Shown here: piece after piece, positions 1 to 10,441 of the stretch
How the letters are laid out: each line of letters begins with the position of its first letter
How positions within the stretch are numbered: position 1 is the stretch's first letter
NCBI GenBank assembly: GCA_000165425.1
Contig: CT868407.1
Span: 447,204-468,060 of the forward strand
DNA length: 20,857 nt
DNA from: Paramecium tetraurelia
Taxonomy: Eukaryota
Direction: 5' to 3'
Notes under the pieces: model-generated
The model's database searches: none
Seen by the model: only the letters and a program-made list of their open reading frames with translations
Told to the model about the DNA's origin: nothing
Position numbers and translations under genes: made by a program

Positions 1-2
1 TA

Positions 3-554
3 TTCTAAAAGTCTGTCAACTTTTAATAAGAATTTAGATAAATTGATTGTTCCAATACTGAATAATAAATAGAATAAAGATTCAATCAGTTTAAAAAGCT
101 TTGGAATGACATTGAAAATAATAAAGGCTCATAGTTTAAAAAAACTGTGATATTTGTTTAATCATATTTTGATTTTGTTACCTTAAAGGGACATTTCAAA
201 AGAATCAATAGTAATTGTGAATGCGTAAGTGAATATACAAAAAGGAGTAAGGTTCAAAGCATCATTAGTAAATTTAAGGATGGTAGAATCCAATATATCA
301 TGATGACTGAAAGAGCATACTTTTTTGAAATAATTTAACTGAGATCAATGAAAAATATTGTCTTTTATCAATTACCTCAACATTCAATTATTTACAAATA
401 ATTGATTTAAAGCATTGAAAATTTGGGTAATAAAACTTAGATTATTACCTACTATAGCAAATTTGATGCATATTAGCTTGAAACTATAGTTGGAACATTA
501 CGGGCAGAAGAAATGATTTCAGAATAAAACAAGAGAACTACTTTTATTTTATGA
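3..554 (+). CDS. UTP25: U3 snoRNA-associated protein 25 (Utp25/DEF), C-terminal part; 5' end outside window
   Basis: Ciliate-code frame: KTVIFVQSYFDFVTLK..CVSEYT..YIMMTERAYFF..KNIVFYQLP..YYSKFDAYQLETIVGTLRAEEM, the typical Utp25 C-terminal motifs; TGA at 552-554. Confidence 0.88.
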
Positions 555-606
555 TAATCCCATTTTGAATGTTTATAGATGTGAAATGCATATATTATAT
601 TTTTAT

Positions 607-2005
607 TCACCATGGTATATCCTAGGTTCCACTATTCTATTTTTGATAGTTTTCATATCCATCTTATAACTAGTAATTAACTTAATGATTTGGATTATCA
701 ACGGATAAAGAGGGGTAGTTAGTGGTGTTGATACTCAAATTTTGAGAGTAGTTTACATTTAGAAAATCATTTTATTAGGGAGGTTAATGTTATATTTAAT
801 ATGGTGGTTATGTATAATTGACCTATTGATGCTGTTGGGCTATTGGTTTTTAAATTTAGGGTTTCGTTAAACATTTCTATATTTCTGTCTGTAGTTCTTA
901 TTCTTGTGCCTTCAAACTATTAAAAATTAATTGTAATTTATTCATTTGTTAAATTAAAAATTCTATATCTTTCTCTTTCTGTTAAATCAATTGTTTTTAC
1001 GCATTATTATTAGAGTTGCTTGAAAATTGCATAACCAATTAGTTTAATTGATTTTGCAGTTATTATTATTGCATAGTTAATGCCTGCAATTCACCATTCT
1101 ATTAGAACTAAGCTTACTACCCTGATTATACTCTAGTATCATTTGATTGAGAGATTTATGGATTGTCATATTGTACTTTGATATCTTTAATTATGATAGA
1201 TTATTGAGGTTAGCTTTGTGCAATTAATCTTTACAGCGAGTCAGGTAAGTATTAAGGCAAAGGGATATTTTTCCTACATAGAGCAATCAAATGAATAGCA
1301 ACGATGTATTCATTCTTAAATAAGAATCCTTTTTAGTTGGTATCAACAAGTGCCCACAATTCTTTTAGTATTTCATTCGATAGTTCAGATTTAAAAAAGA
1401 TTGCCTTTGCAGCTTCACCTTCAATGTAGCCTTATTACTTTTTATCTTGTTATTAGTAATGTAAGTTGTATCTCTCATAAAGTTCATTAGTAATATCAAA
1501 TTGAGTTGAATTATCCTGTTGCCCCATTTGCATTAAAGGGGGTTTGTATTATTGTTAATTTATAACAGGCGCTGTTTGATATAGTTGAGCAATTGGTATT
1601 TGAGAAGGTTGAGGAATTGGTTGTTGATAAGCCCCGAGGGAAGGGGATAACAATACTTATTAAGGATGTGGAAATCCATCTATCACTGGCAAACGGACTT
1701 ATTTATTTTCCATTAATAGTTAAGGATTCAATTCAAATCCGTTTTAACAATATGCTATCAATTTCATAATCGTTAGAAATTCCTAATGGTACAACTTGTT
1801 TTCATTATTTGAAACAGCCATTAACCAAATAGCTTTTAGTTTATCCGATGGCAATTAACTTTTTTTGAAAAATAAAATTGTGTCTTTGGCATTAGTACTT
1901 CCAATACCCTATAGAGTTATTTCTTTAATTTACTTAAGGATCAAGAGTGCTCCAAAGTTGTCTAAAATATTGATCTTCTTCAGGAGTCAATTATAAATTA
2001 TTCAT
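607..2005 (-). CDS. EH-domain (Eps15 homology) protein: two EH domains plus Q-rich coiled coil, about 457 aa
   Basis: MNNLQLTPEEDQYFRQLWSTLDPQGIG..FFKKSQLPSDKLKAIW..EFLTIMKLI and GYIEGEAAKAIFFKSELSNEILKELWALVDTNQKGFLFKNEYIVAIHLI..LPQYLPDSL; one 25-nt intron at 1909-1933; spliced length 1374 nt is in frame. Confidence 0.88.
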
Positions 2006-2368
2006 TAAAATTAATTGTTATCTATTAATCAGATTAAAACAACTTAAAATCATTGTTGTAAGTATTCCCTTTAGACCATTCATAAAACTTATTTCAGAAG
2101 TCAACAATCAGTAATATGATCGAAATTTTATTTTTGTATTTGGTAAAAATTCAAATCATAATTTCAACTTCTTATTATTCAGTTAGGATTAACAATGTAT
2201 ATATTATATTTTTGTAATTCATATTAATTATGACATAGAATACAAAATGAAATACTTTACTATTGATATTAAAATTAAAGTTATGAAATAAATTCAAATG
2301 ATTTTGGTCATATCTCTACTTGCAATGTAAGTTAAACAAATTATTTAGTCCTATATTTGGATAAGACA

Positions 2369-2722
2369 ATGAAAAAGAACCAATTGTTTAGAGTTCAACC
2401 GGGAAAACTAATGTATTTATATATGCTTTTCTTGGAATTTTATAGGATTGAAAATGGCAAATTCATAATTCTGCTAATAGTTTTGGCTTTGATTTGTCGT
2501 TATCTGTACACAAGAAAGGTAATTCAAAGGATAGGTGAATTGATTATTAGTCTGAAAATACTTCACTAAAATTAATAGCAATAATAAATTCCAGAGAATG
2601 ACGAGTAGTTTAAAAAAAGTATTATGCTATTTGACTACATTAGCTTCGATTTTTAAGCAATTGAAAAAGGTTATGAAAGTTTTAAAAAGCAAATTTAGAA
2701 GTACAAAGGACTCATCAATTGA
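2369..2722 (+). CDS. Hypothetical small protein with one hydrophobic (possible TM) segment; 5' structure uncertain
   Basis: The tracked ORF 2357-2569 reads through TAA/TAG to TGA 2720-2722; FIILLIVLALICRYLY followed by QIPENDEQFKKSIMLFDYISFDFQAIEKGYESFKKQIQKYKGLIN; no recognisable family. Confidence 0.35.
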
Positions 2723-2811
2723 TGTTTCCAAGAAATATAGCTAATTTGATATGGAAGAATCTATTTGAAATTTACAATATCATACATATAATATACACAT
2801 AAATAGAATAA

Positions 2812-3883
2812 TCAATTCTTTCTTTACCTTTTTTGATTTTTAGTATTGTTTTTAATTTAAACTTCTTCTTTTTTTATTTTTTTTGACTTTTAGTCCTTTT
2901 TCGACATGACATCCTATTTTTGTAACTATTATTGCGCTGGAGGATCGTTTTCTTATTTTTAGGGTTGTATTTGTTCTTATGGTTCCTCTTTGTTTAAACA
3001 ATTTTCGCATTTGCATAAATCAGTGCATTTTTAATTGATACTATAGCATTCACAATATTTCTTTTTGCATTCGGATTTCTTGCAATTGCATCCTTTCTTG
3101 GTTTCTTTACTTTATTCTTTTTATGATTTGGGTTCTTGTAGAAATGTGATTAGATACCTGGAATTATTTATGGTTATTAGCCATTGTTAGTTAGGATTGT
3201 AGAAAAGGCTTCGGGATTTCTTAGTAAGGCTTCCTCAATGGCTTTTGATCTCTCATTAGGGTTATCAATTCTATTTTTACATTCAGTACAATTGCAGCTT
3301 TAAGAGCAGACCTATGAATAAAATGAATGATAACCCAATTATTAGCAAAGCATTCGCAATACAACTTTAGACATTTGCTTTTCTTGCAATTACATTGAAA
3401 GGGAGAGACCTTCTAAAATTGAACGAGTTGGTTGACTTTGGACTGAAGTTCTTTGGATAGGGTGTTTTAGTATTACGATGAATCAAAAGGTGGATAATAG
3501 AAAGGAGGATATGGATGTCTATACCAGGGGTGAGGATAGGGCACAGGATATTTCATATGCATATAAGGGGTATTTTGAGGATATTTCATTTATGGGGGCA
3601 GCTATTAATAGTAATGATTGTAAGGCTGTCGAAATTGATCCTCTTCATCAGGAGCATCTCCTGCTGATAATTTTCGAAACGGGTATTTGGGTTTGTTTTT
3701 ATCTTAAAATTCAGGCTCAGCATGAAGATTGAAGTTTGACATATTTTGAGGAGGAAAGAGATAACATTGTTAAGGAGTGAATCTTGGAGATAAGGAGGGT
3801 GGTTGTTGTGGCCATTCTTAATCATAATAGTGGAGTTACTTTTCAACCTTGTGTTCATTGGAATTGTGATCATCTTAATTCAT
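2812..3883 (-). CDS. Tesmin/TSO1/LIN54-like CRC (two CXC) domain protein, about 341 aa
   Basis: CNCKKSKCLKLYCECFA..CSQSCNCTECKN..RNPEAF..KGCNCKKSECKKKYCECY..CTDLCKCENCLN; two 23-nt introns (3312-3334 and about 3135-3157); Pro/Tyr-rich N-terminus starting MNQDDH. Confidence 0.93.
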
Positions 3884-3906
3884 AATAAATTAATTAAAAA
3901 TTAATA
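3884..3906. promoter_or_regulatory. 23-nt all-A/T spacer between divergent start codons; putative bidirectional promoter/5' UTR region
   Basis: AATAAATTAATTAAAAATTAATA lies between the CRC gene ATG (3883, -) and the TOM40 ATG (3907, +). Confidence 0.55.
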
Positions 3907-5051
3907 ATGGCAGCCATCGATAAGGAATAAGTCGACATGGATAATCCAGCATTTGCATAATAAGATCCACATCTCAAAATAAATGACGATGAAGAAATGG
4001 GATTGCCACCTTAATTCAGAAATCGTTACCCTAGAAGACCACCTCTGTTTGATGGCTTATTGAACAACGTTAGAGCTGTTACTAAGAAAGTAGAACACAT
4101 TAAAGGCTTTAAATTTGAAGTTGCAGGAGGATTGTCTAATAATTTTCATCTGGCCCATTCTTGGTTGATACCACCCTCAGTATGCTAACATTTTAGATCA
4201 TTAGAGTAAAGGCAAAGCTCCAAATCCCAATCCCATGAAACAACCACCTGTTCCGAGTTATACTTTGGCTGCTTAATATTTGGGAGGCTCACTTAGAACC
4301 CCTTTTGATCAGCCTACATATATCATGACAGGAAGGTGGGATTCAACCGGCAAATTAGAAGCTGCTATTATCAAGAAGTTAAATGAAATGTTCAACTTCA
4401 GGTATGTATTAATATCTATAAAAACCTAAAGATTTAGTGCATTTTATTTAAATTCAGATCCTTTGAATGCTTAAATGCATTTAGATTGCGATATAACAGG
4501 CGAGGATTACGTTCATTCAATTAAAATCGGCACAGGACTCTATAGTTTCAATATGATGTAAACAATTGGAAACCGACTTGTTTTAGGATATGAAATGATG
4601 ACGTTGGTATCCATTTAGAAAATAATTTCAAGACTGAAAGAAATCTCTCATTAATGAGCTATGCTATGAAGTTTGGTATCAATAAGAATTAGAATATTTA
4701 TGCTCAATATGTTGGGGCTGCTGATTAATTAATCCTAGCTTATAATCATAGAGTAAATAAATTATATCGACAAATAGTTATTGGATAAATCATATTTCAT
4801 GTCAGAATTAGAATATTCAAATTAAACTGGAGAATCAAGGGCTATACTTGTAATAGAATATATAATAATGAAAGGGTTATAGACAAAAGTTTGCCACTTC
4901 AGAAGTTATAGTGACCCTGAATTCAAAATAGAAATTCAGTTCTGCATTAACACTTTAGGGATTTGCTTATTAACTGAAGTTGTGTGCAATCGCAGATTAT
5001 AATAAGGACAGCTATAAATTTGGATACGGGATAGCAATGGGTTAAGTGTGA
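3907..5051 (+). CDS. TOM40: Mitochondrial outer-membrane translocase channel Tom40, about 337 aa
   Basis: KGFKFEVAGGLSNNFHLAHSW near the N-terminus, alternating beta-strand pattern, C-terminal ADYNKDSYKFGYGIAMG beta-signal; introns 4180-4204, 4402-4431, 4607-4632, 4753-4777, 4850-4874; spliced length 1014 nt. Confidence 0.88.
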
Positions 5052-5729
5052 TAACTAATATATAAATCAAAAAACATTTCATCTTCAATTTTTATTCTTT
5101 TGTTTATATTTAGTGATTTTAAATCTAAAAAGTAATTTAATATTCAACTAATTATTATTATTTATATCTGAATTCCAAATATCCATGTAATAAATGGTGT
5201 TGATCTACCCCTTTAATTTTTTATTATATTACAAAATTTTAGAATTCAATGGAATCAGACCTTGTTACATCATTCAAATCAACTATCGACACATTCTCGG
5301 TTATTACTGGATATAATTTTCTAAATCTTTAAAAATGGTCCTTATATTGCTCATTTGATGAGATCCCTTCATCATATACATCTTCACAATCTCTTAAATG
5401 ATGCCAACGGTAATATTATCATTTCTAAATAGGCTTTTTGTTACAAGAATAGGAAGGATTCTGATAGATTTATCATTATTTTTCAAATCTCATATTCCAG
5501 TATATACTTATTTATTTAAGATCTTATTTATGATAATGATTGCACTATCATATATTAATGAATTACAATCTTAAGTTAATTCATTAGTTGGCTTATATAA
5601 TTAGAGAAAATACATTATAAAATAATAAATAAATTTAAAAAAATGATAAATTTAATGTCAAAGCAATAATTATGAAGAAAAATCATAAATTGAAACTAAA
5701 TCATTTATAATAAATTATAATCATTATAT

Positions 5730-7435
5730 TCATTCTTAGACTTCGTCATCAACATTATATGGTTTGTTGAAATTAATAAATCGATCAGGAACACATTAAT
5801 CAAATTCGCCTATGTCTTCGCTTAATTTTGATGAGTTTGCTTAGTCAATAAAAGATGGAGACTACTCTTAATCTTGAGGAGAGTTTTGGTTAATTCCTTA
5901 ACTTTCTCCTAAATTGGTCGAAAAGAAAATGCTTTTTTTTGTTGGAATTTTCAGAAAGCTATTAGCTAAATCAGTTTGTTAAACATCGCATTTTGAATCA
6001 ACTGAGCGATTATTTTTGATTGTGATAGTTTACGAGGATTTCAAAAGTATATTACGTTACTTATGACTATTTTTAGAATATTTGGAGGATAGTCGAGGCA
6101 TGTTTTTTCTGATTGCTAGTTTTCTTAGTGATTTCTTTCTGACTTAATCATCATCTAGAATTTAAAACCATTAATGTTTTAGAGCTGCATCAGGATGAGG
6201 TCTAAATGCCCAATCTTTCTGCAATAATTATACAATTAGATCTTTGGCTTCTTCAGAAACTTACTCAAACAAATCTTTTGGAAACTCAATTGCTGCCTCC
6301 TTAATTTTCTCGATCAAATCATTCAAGCTATCAAATAAGTCTGAAATGTTACTAATCAGAGAGGAAAGGCAATTATCCAGACAACATCGAATATAAAATA
6401 CAGCCTGCACTCCACATGTCAACCATTTGGCTTAAGTATAGAATAATTAATTACTTATAACCTTCTCCAGAAAATATTTCAGGAGCCGAAAATGCTACTG
6501 TTCCTGTATATGTCCACATTTCAATCTTCTCTCTATCCTTAAGATCTCCAAATTCTTTATAAGCATCACTAAATTTACTTACATTAAAGTCAGTAACCTT
6601 GATCTAATTTTTGTCTATTGAAATAAAATAAATACTTTCAACACACAAAATATTATTGGGTTTCAAGTCTCTGTGACATATACCATTTCGATGCATGTAT
6701 TCAATTGCACTCAGTAATTACTTAAATAATTCCTTAGCATCTGTTTCGCTGTAATGTCCTAATTCATTTATCACCTCAAACATCTCCTTTCCCTTAATCA
6801 ATTCCATAACCACATAAGCTTTGCTTTCAGATTAAAACCCATTATTGAAATCAACATATAATTTATGAACTTTCACAATATTTTCATGTTACAACTTAAA
6901 CATTGACTTAAACTCAAGAATCATCTACCTTTAATATGTTGTCTTACATTTCTTATAATTTCATCATCTTATGTTTAAACTATCTTCACTGCATACTCAA
7001 TTTATGATTATTTGTGTACAATCCTTTTAACCAATCCTAGACAGCCTTCTCCCAATATTTCCATCATTTCATATTCCTCCTCAAACTTTTTTAAGTTTGG
7101 ACATATGTATTCAGAATCAAATTCATTGATTTCTACATCCAGTTTACACCCTAACTCCTGTAGTTCTTCCTGCAAATCCTTTTCATCATTTAAAGGTTTC
7201 TTTATTATTACCTGAATCCTTCCTTGTAAAGTAATTACATCTATATACCTCTTAATTGCTATTTGATTCTGTCTCGATTATTTTGAGCTTAAGTTTATTT
7301 GTCTTCAGACTCAGATTTGAGAAAAGTAAATCTTCCACTTCCCTTTTTGTCAGTGGTTTATAATCTTGGAGGTAATCTTTGAGTTTCAAATGTAGAAGAT
7401 TCACTGAGTGTTATTTCTGATAATTAATCTAGCAT
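5730..7435 (-). CDS. CAMK-group Ser/Thr protein kinase with DFN motif, about 528 aa
   Basis: LGEGCLGLV, YAVK, HRDLKPNN, KVTDFNVSK, YTGTVAFSAPE, VDMWSAGC, VSEEAKDLI..ALKHQW; five introns of 21-26 nt give an in-frame 1587 nt; start codon inferred. Confidence 0.92.
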
Positions 7436-8320
7436 AATACAGTAAAAATATTTTATAAATAAAAATGTTACATTGTATATAAAGAATATTTTACCTTGAA
7501 ATAACTGAAAATGTAACTTGATCGAGATCTAAACTCATTGCCTTTTATATTTTATTGAGGCACTAAATTTGAGTACTTGTATATAAAGACTATTTATAAA
7601 ATTAAATTTGGAAAGTACATATTTTGCTATTATTGATAGCGATTATTTATATATTACTTAATTATACATTTGTATTTTAAATAAAATTGATATAGAATTT
7701 ATCAACTCCGTAAATAAAATCAAACATAATTTTGATACAAATTGTTTTATGAAATTCGTCTACTCTCTCCTTAAATTAGGGCATAGAGTAGTATAACAGA
7801 CACTTTTAACAAAAATATTTTCAAATTACTAATTGTGGATCTTAAAACGCATTTTAAAATAAACAACATGTCTTGAAATTAAGCAAAGAAATGGGAGACA
7901 AAAAAATAAAATAATAATTTATTGTTAAGATTGTTACTTAAATGTAAAATTTGAAATTTTACACAACTTCTAATTATAAGGTGTTTATTTCTTAAGATAT
8001 TTTAGGCTACATTTAATTGTTGTAAGGGAAACATTATTTTTTCATATCTTTTTTTGTATGAATATCAAAATATTCTAATGTTAAATCTTAATCTCTTTGA
8101 ATTTATCAAACTATTTCACTTTGAGTAGTTATCTTAGACAGTCACGCTTAATATTAATTGTTTCTGCATAAAAGAATTTTCAAAGTTTTAGTTTTACCAA
8201 TGTAAAACATCATAAGAGTAATTAATAATCATATGTATCCAACATTCTTCAATACTAATTTTTTTTGAAATTCCATAAATTCATATATGAGAAATTAAAT
8301 GAATATTTTATTTATAAATA

Positions 8321-9669
8321 TCAGAAATACCCTTTGACCTCAGAGAGTTTTCCTTATGACATTAGACGCTTTCTATCATAATTTTCTTCTATGATTTCTT
8401 CATCTTATTATGTTTCTGGTTTTGTTGGAACTTTCATGATGTATTTCTCGTAATTAGAATTGCTGCTAAACCTTACGTAAGGGAACGAATTTTTATGAGA
8501 TTGAGATCGTAATTAAACAATCTCTTATTCAAGTACATTTTTTCCAACAACTTCGAGATTTCCAATATCGTCAGGAACGGTTGGTATTAATTTCATAATA
8601 AGATCAGAATTTTCAGAAAGCTTTTTATTTAGAGCAGATTGAGAGGTGAATGTGCTAAATGGCTTAAAATCAAGCTAACTTAAAGAAGATCTTCTAACAA
8701 TTTCTATTTAGGGAGATTTAGGATTGCCATAGATCTAATAGTTTTTTTCAAATAATTCCACAAAGGTCTTAGGTTTTATATTCGAGTCATTTTTTCTTAA
8801 TCCGAGACGCTATTCATTTTTATTGATTAAAATATACCCAAAATTCATTGCCCTATTTTTCTTCAATTGGTTTCAAAGCATCAAGTATTCTTTTCATTTC
8901 TTCCTTCATCCTATGCTATTCAATTCGATCCAGAAGAGATTGACCTGGTAATCTTTATATTTTTGATTCAATTTTTATTTTTGTCAAGTCCCAATCCTGT
9001 TAAACCTAATCAAATGTTTCAATCACTCTTTCACATTTGCTCATTTTTAAAGATTCTCCTTTGGACATTCTACTTTGCAATTATCTAGTTTTTTTTTCGT
9101 TCTTTATTGTTATATATTAAATACTAAATACCTCCATCCTATTTCTCTCAATCCTCTGCTAGATCTAATAAATGTGATCTTAAACTTGATCCTCATTCAA
9201 GATTACTTCTTAAAAGTCTCTAGTTTTAACTTTTGTTTTTTTTTATTAAATATCCTTACTCGATTATTCTATAGCTAAGTATGTAAGAACAAATACCTTT
9301 AGAGCTGAAAATTACTCTTTCTGTTTGATCATTTTGTTATTGGGTAGAAGGTGTAGCTTGCGAATTTGCAGTAATTCTTATTTAGGCAGGTTTTCTATTT
9401 TACGATTAGCTTCTTGATTTTTCAGCCAAGAATTATTACACACTCCCAACAACTGTATATTTAACGATATTCCCTTTTGAATCTTATCTTGGCCCCTTTT
9501 CATGATCTGGGATTTTATCTAAAAGTTCCTTTGATCCACTAAAGAAATTTTGATGAGCTGCTTCAACGGCTACTGGAGACACATGAGTTAGGTATTAAGG
9601 TCTAACTCGAAAAAGATTCATTGTACTATCCTTACTCTCAATACCAAACTAGTTAAATTTTTTTTGCAT
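8321..9669 (-). CDS. MYCBP-associated protein-like (N-terminal MYCBPAP region), about 420 aa
   Basis: Intact spliced ORF (3 introns); GPRQDSKGNIVKYTVVGS, ERVIETFDQVQQDW..QRLPGQSLLDRIEQHRMKEE..KQGNEFW and NLEVVGKN resemble MYCBPAP family motifs (recalled, not searched). Confidence 0.62.
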
Positions 9670-9692
9670 TTTTATTAATATTTTATGTACAG

Positions 9693-10441
9693 ATGAGATG
9701 TTTTAATATTTCACTTAGGTTAATATATATTAAAAATTGAAGTGACTTTACTAAAGCATCCTAGATCAAAATCAGCTATTATAATACGTGCAATTCTCAA
9801 AATGGAAATGGTTGGTTGTTGCATGAAGGGAAACAACAAGTAAAATTAAACGAAACTCCAGTTCCTACATATGCTAAAATAGTTAGAACCATGCAAGTAT
9901 TCTCAAATTTGATTATGAATAAATGGCTTAAGAAGAGCAGAAAATTAATTTAGAATAAATTATTGGCGCAATAATTTGGTTTAGAGCAATAAAAATAAAA
10001 ACAGAGGAAGAGAATAAGAAAAATAGAAAATAAGATACCTCAAAAGCCATTTCCAGTGAGAAAAATCAAGTATAAAAATACAGCTTAAGGAATTAATGTT
10101 GGTAATTCAATTAGATTATATAATTAGGATCGCCAATTTATGAAACATCTTCTATGCAATATGGACAACTTAACCCGACGAAATTTGAATTAATTGAAAA
10201 TTTTTACCCTAGAGATGCTAAATTCACTTAAGAATTCTTAGGTCATACATATAAATTTGTTGGCCTTATTACTAGTGTTGCCTTTGAAAAACAAATAAAC
10301 AATTGGATGAGTACTTATTTAAATTATACAAATTTTAGAAGTCATAATATAATCAAATAAATAATTATTAATTCACTTAGGGAATATCAAAGAATTCTTG
10401 AATTTTATTAGATTTCATCAAATGTTCATAGAGCCTTCTGA
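9693..10441 (+). CDS. PIERCE/UPF0691 (C9orf116/C15orf65-like) domain protein; 3' end apparently frameshifted, possibly a pseudogene; both ends uncertain
   Basis: After intron 10102-10127: NVGSPIYETSSMQYGQLNPTKFELIENFYPRDAKFTQEFLGHTYKFVGLITS, matching the P-x-Y-x-T-S..YG..PT..E..F-Y-P..KF..GL-x-T pattern; putative first intron 9719-9742; first in-frame TGA only at 10439-10441. Confidence 0.55.

Noticed and set aside
3478..3732. Tracked + strand 84-aa ORF
   Set aside because: Antisense shadow of the CRC-domain gene
3586..3873. Tracked - strand 95-aa ORF as the CRC gene start
   Set aside because: Wrong frame, ends in TGA; the frame reaching the CXC repeats starts at ATG 3883
7012..7215. Tracked + strand ORF
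   Set aside because: Antisense to the kinase N-lobe
7436..7538. Upstream ATG (MSLDLDQVTFSVISR) as an extra first exon of the kinase
   Set aside because: Needs an atypically long intron and joins out of frame
8867..9278. Two tracked hydrophobic + strand ORFs
   Set aside because: Antisense of a K/E/Q-rich minus-strand CDS, which produces spurious F/L/I-rich frames
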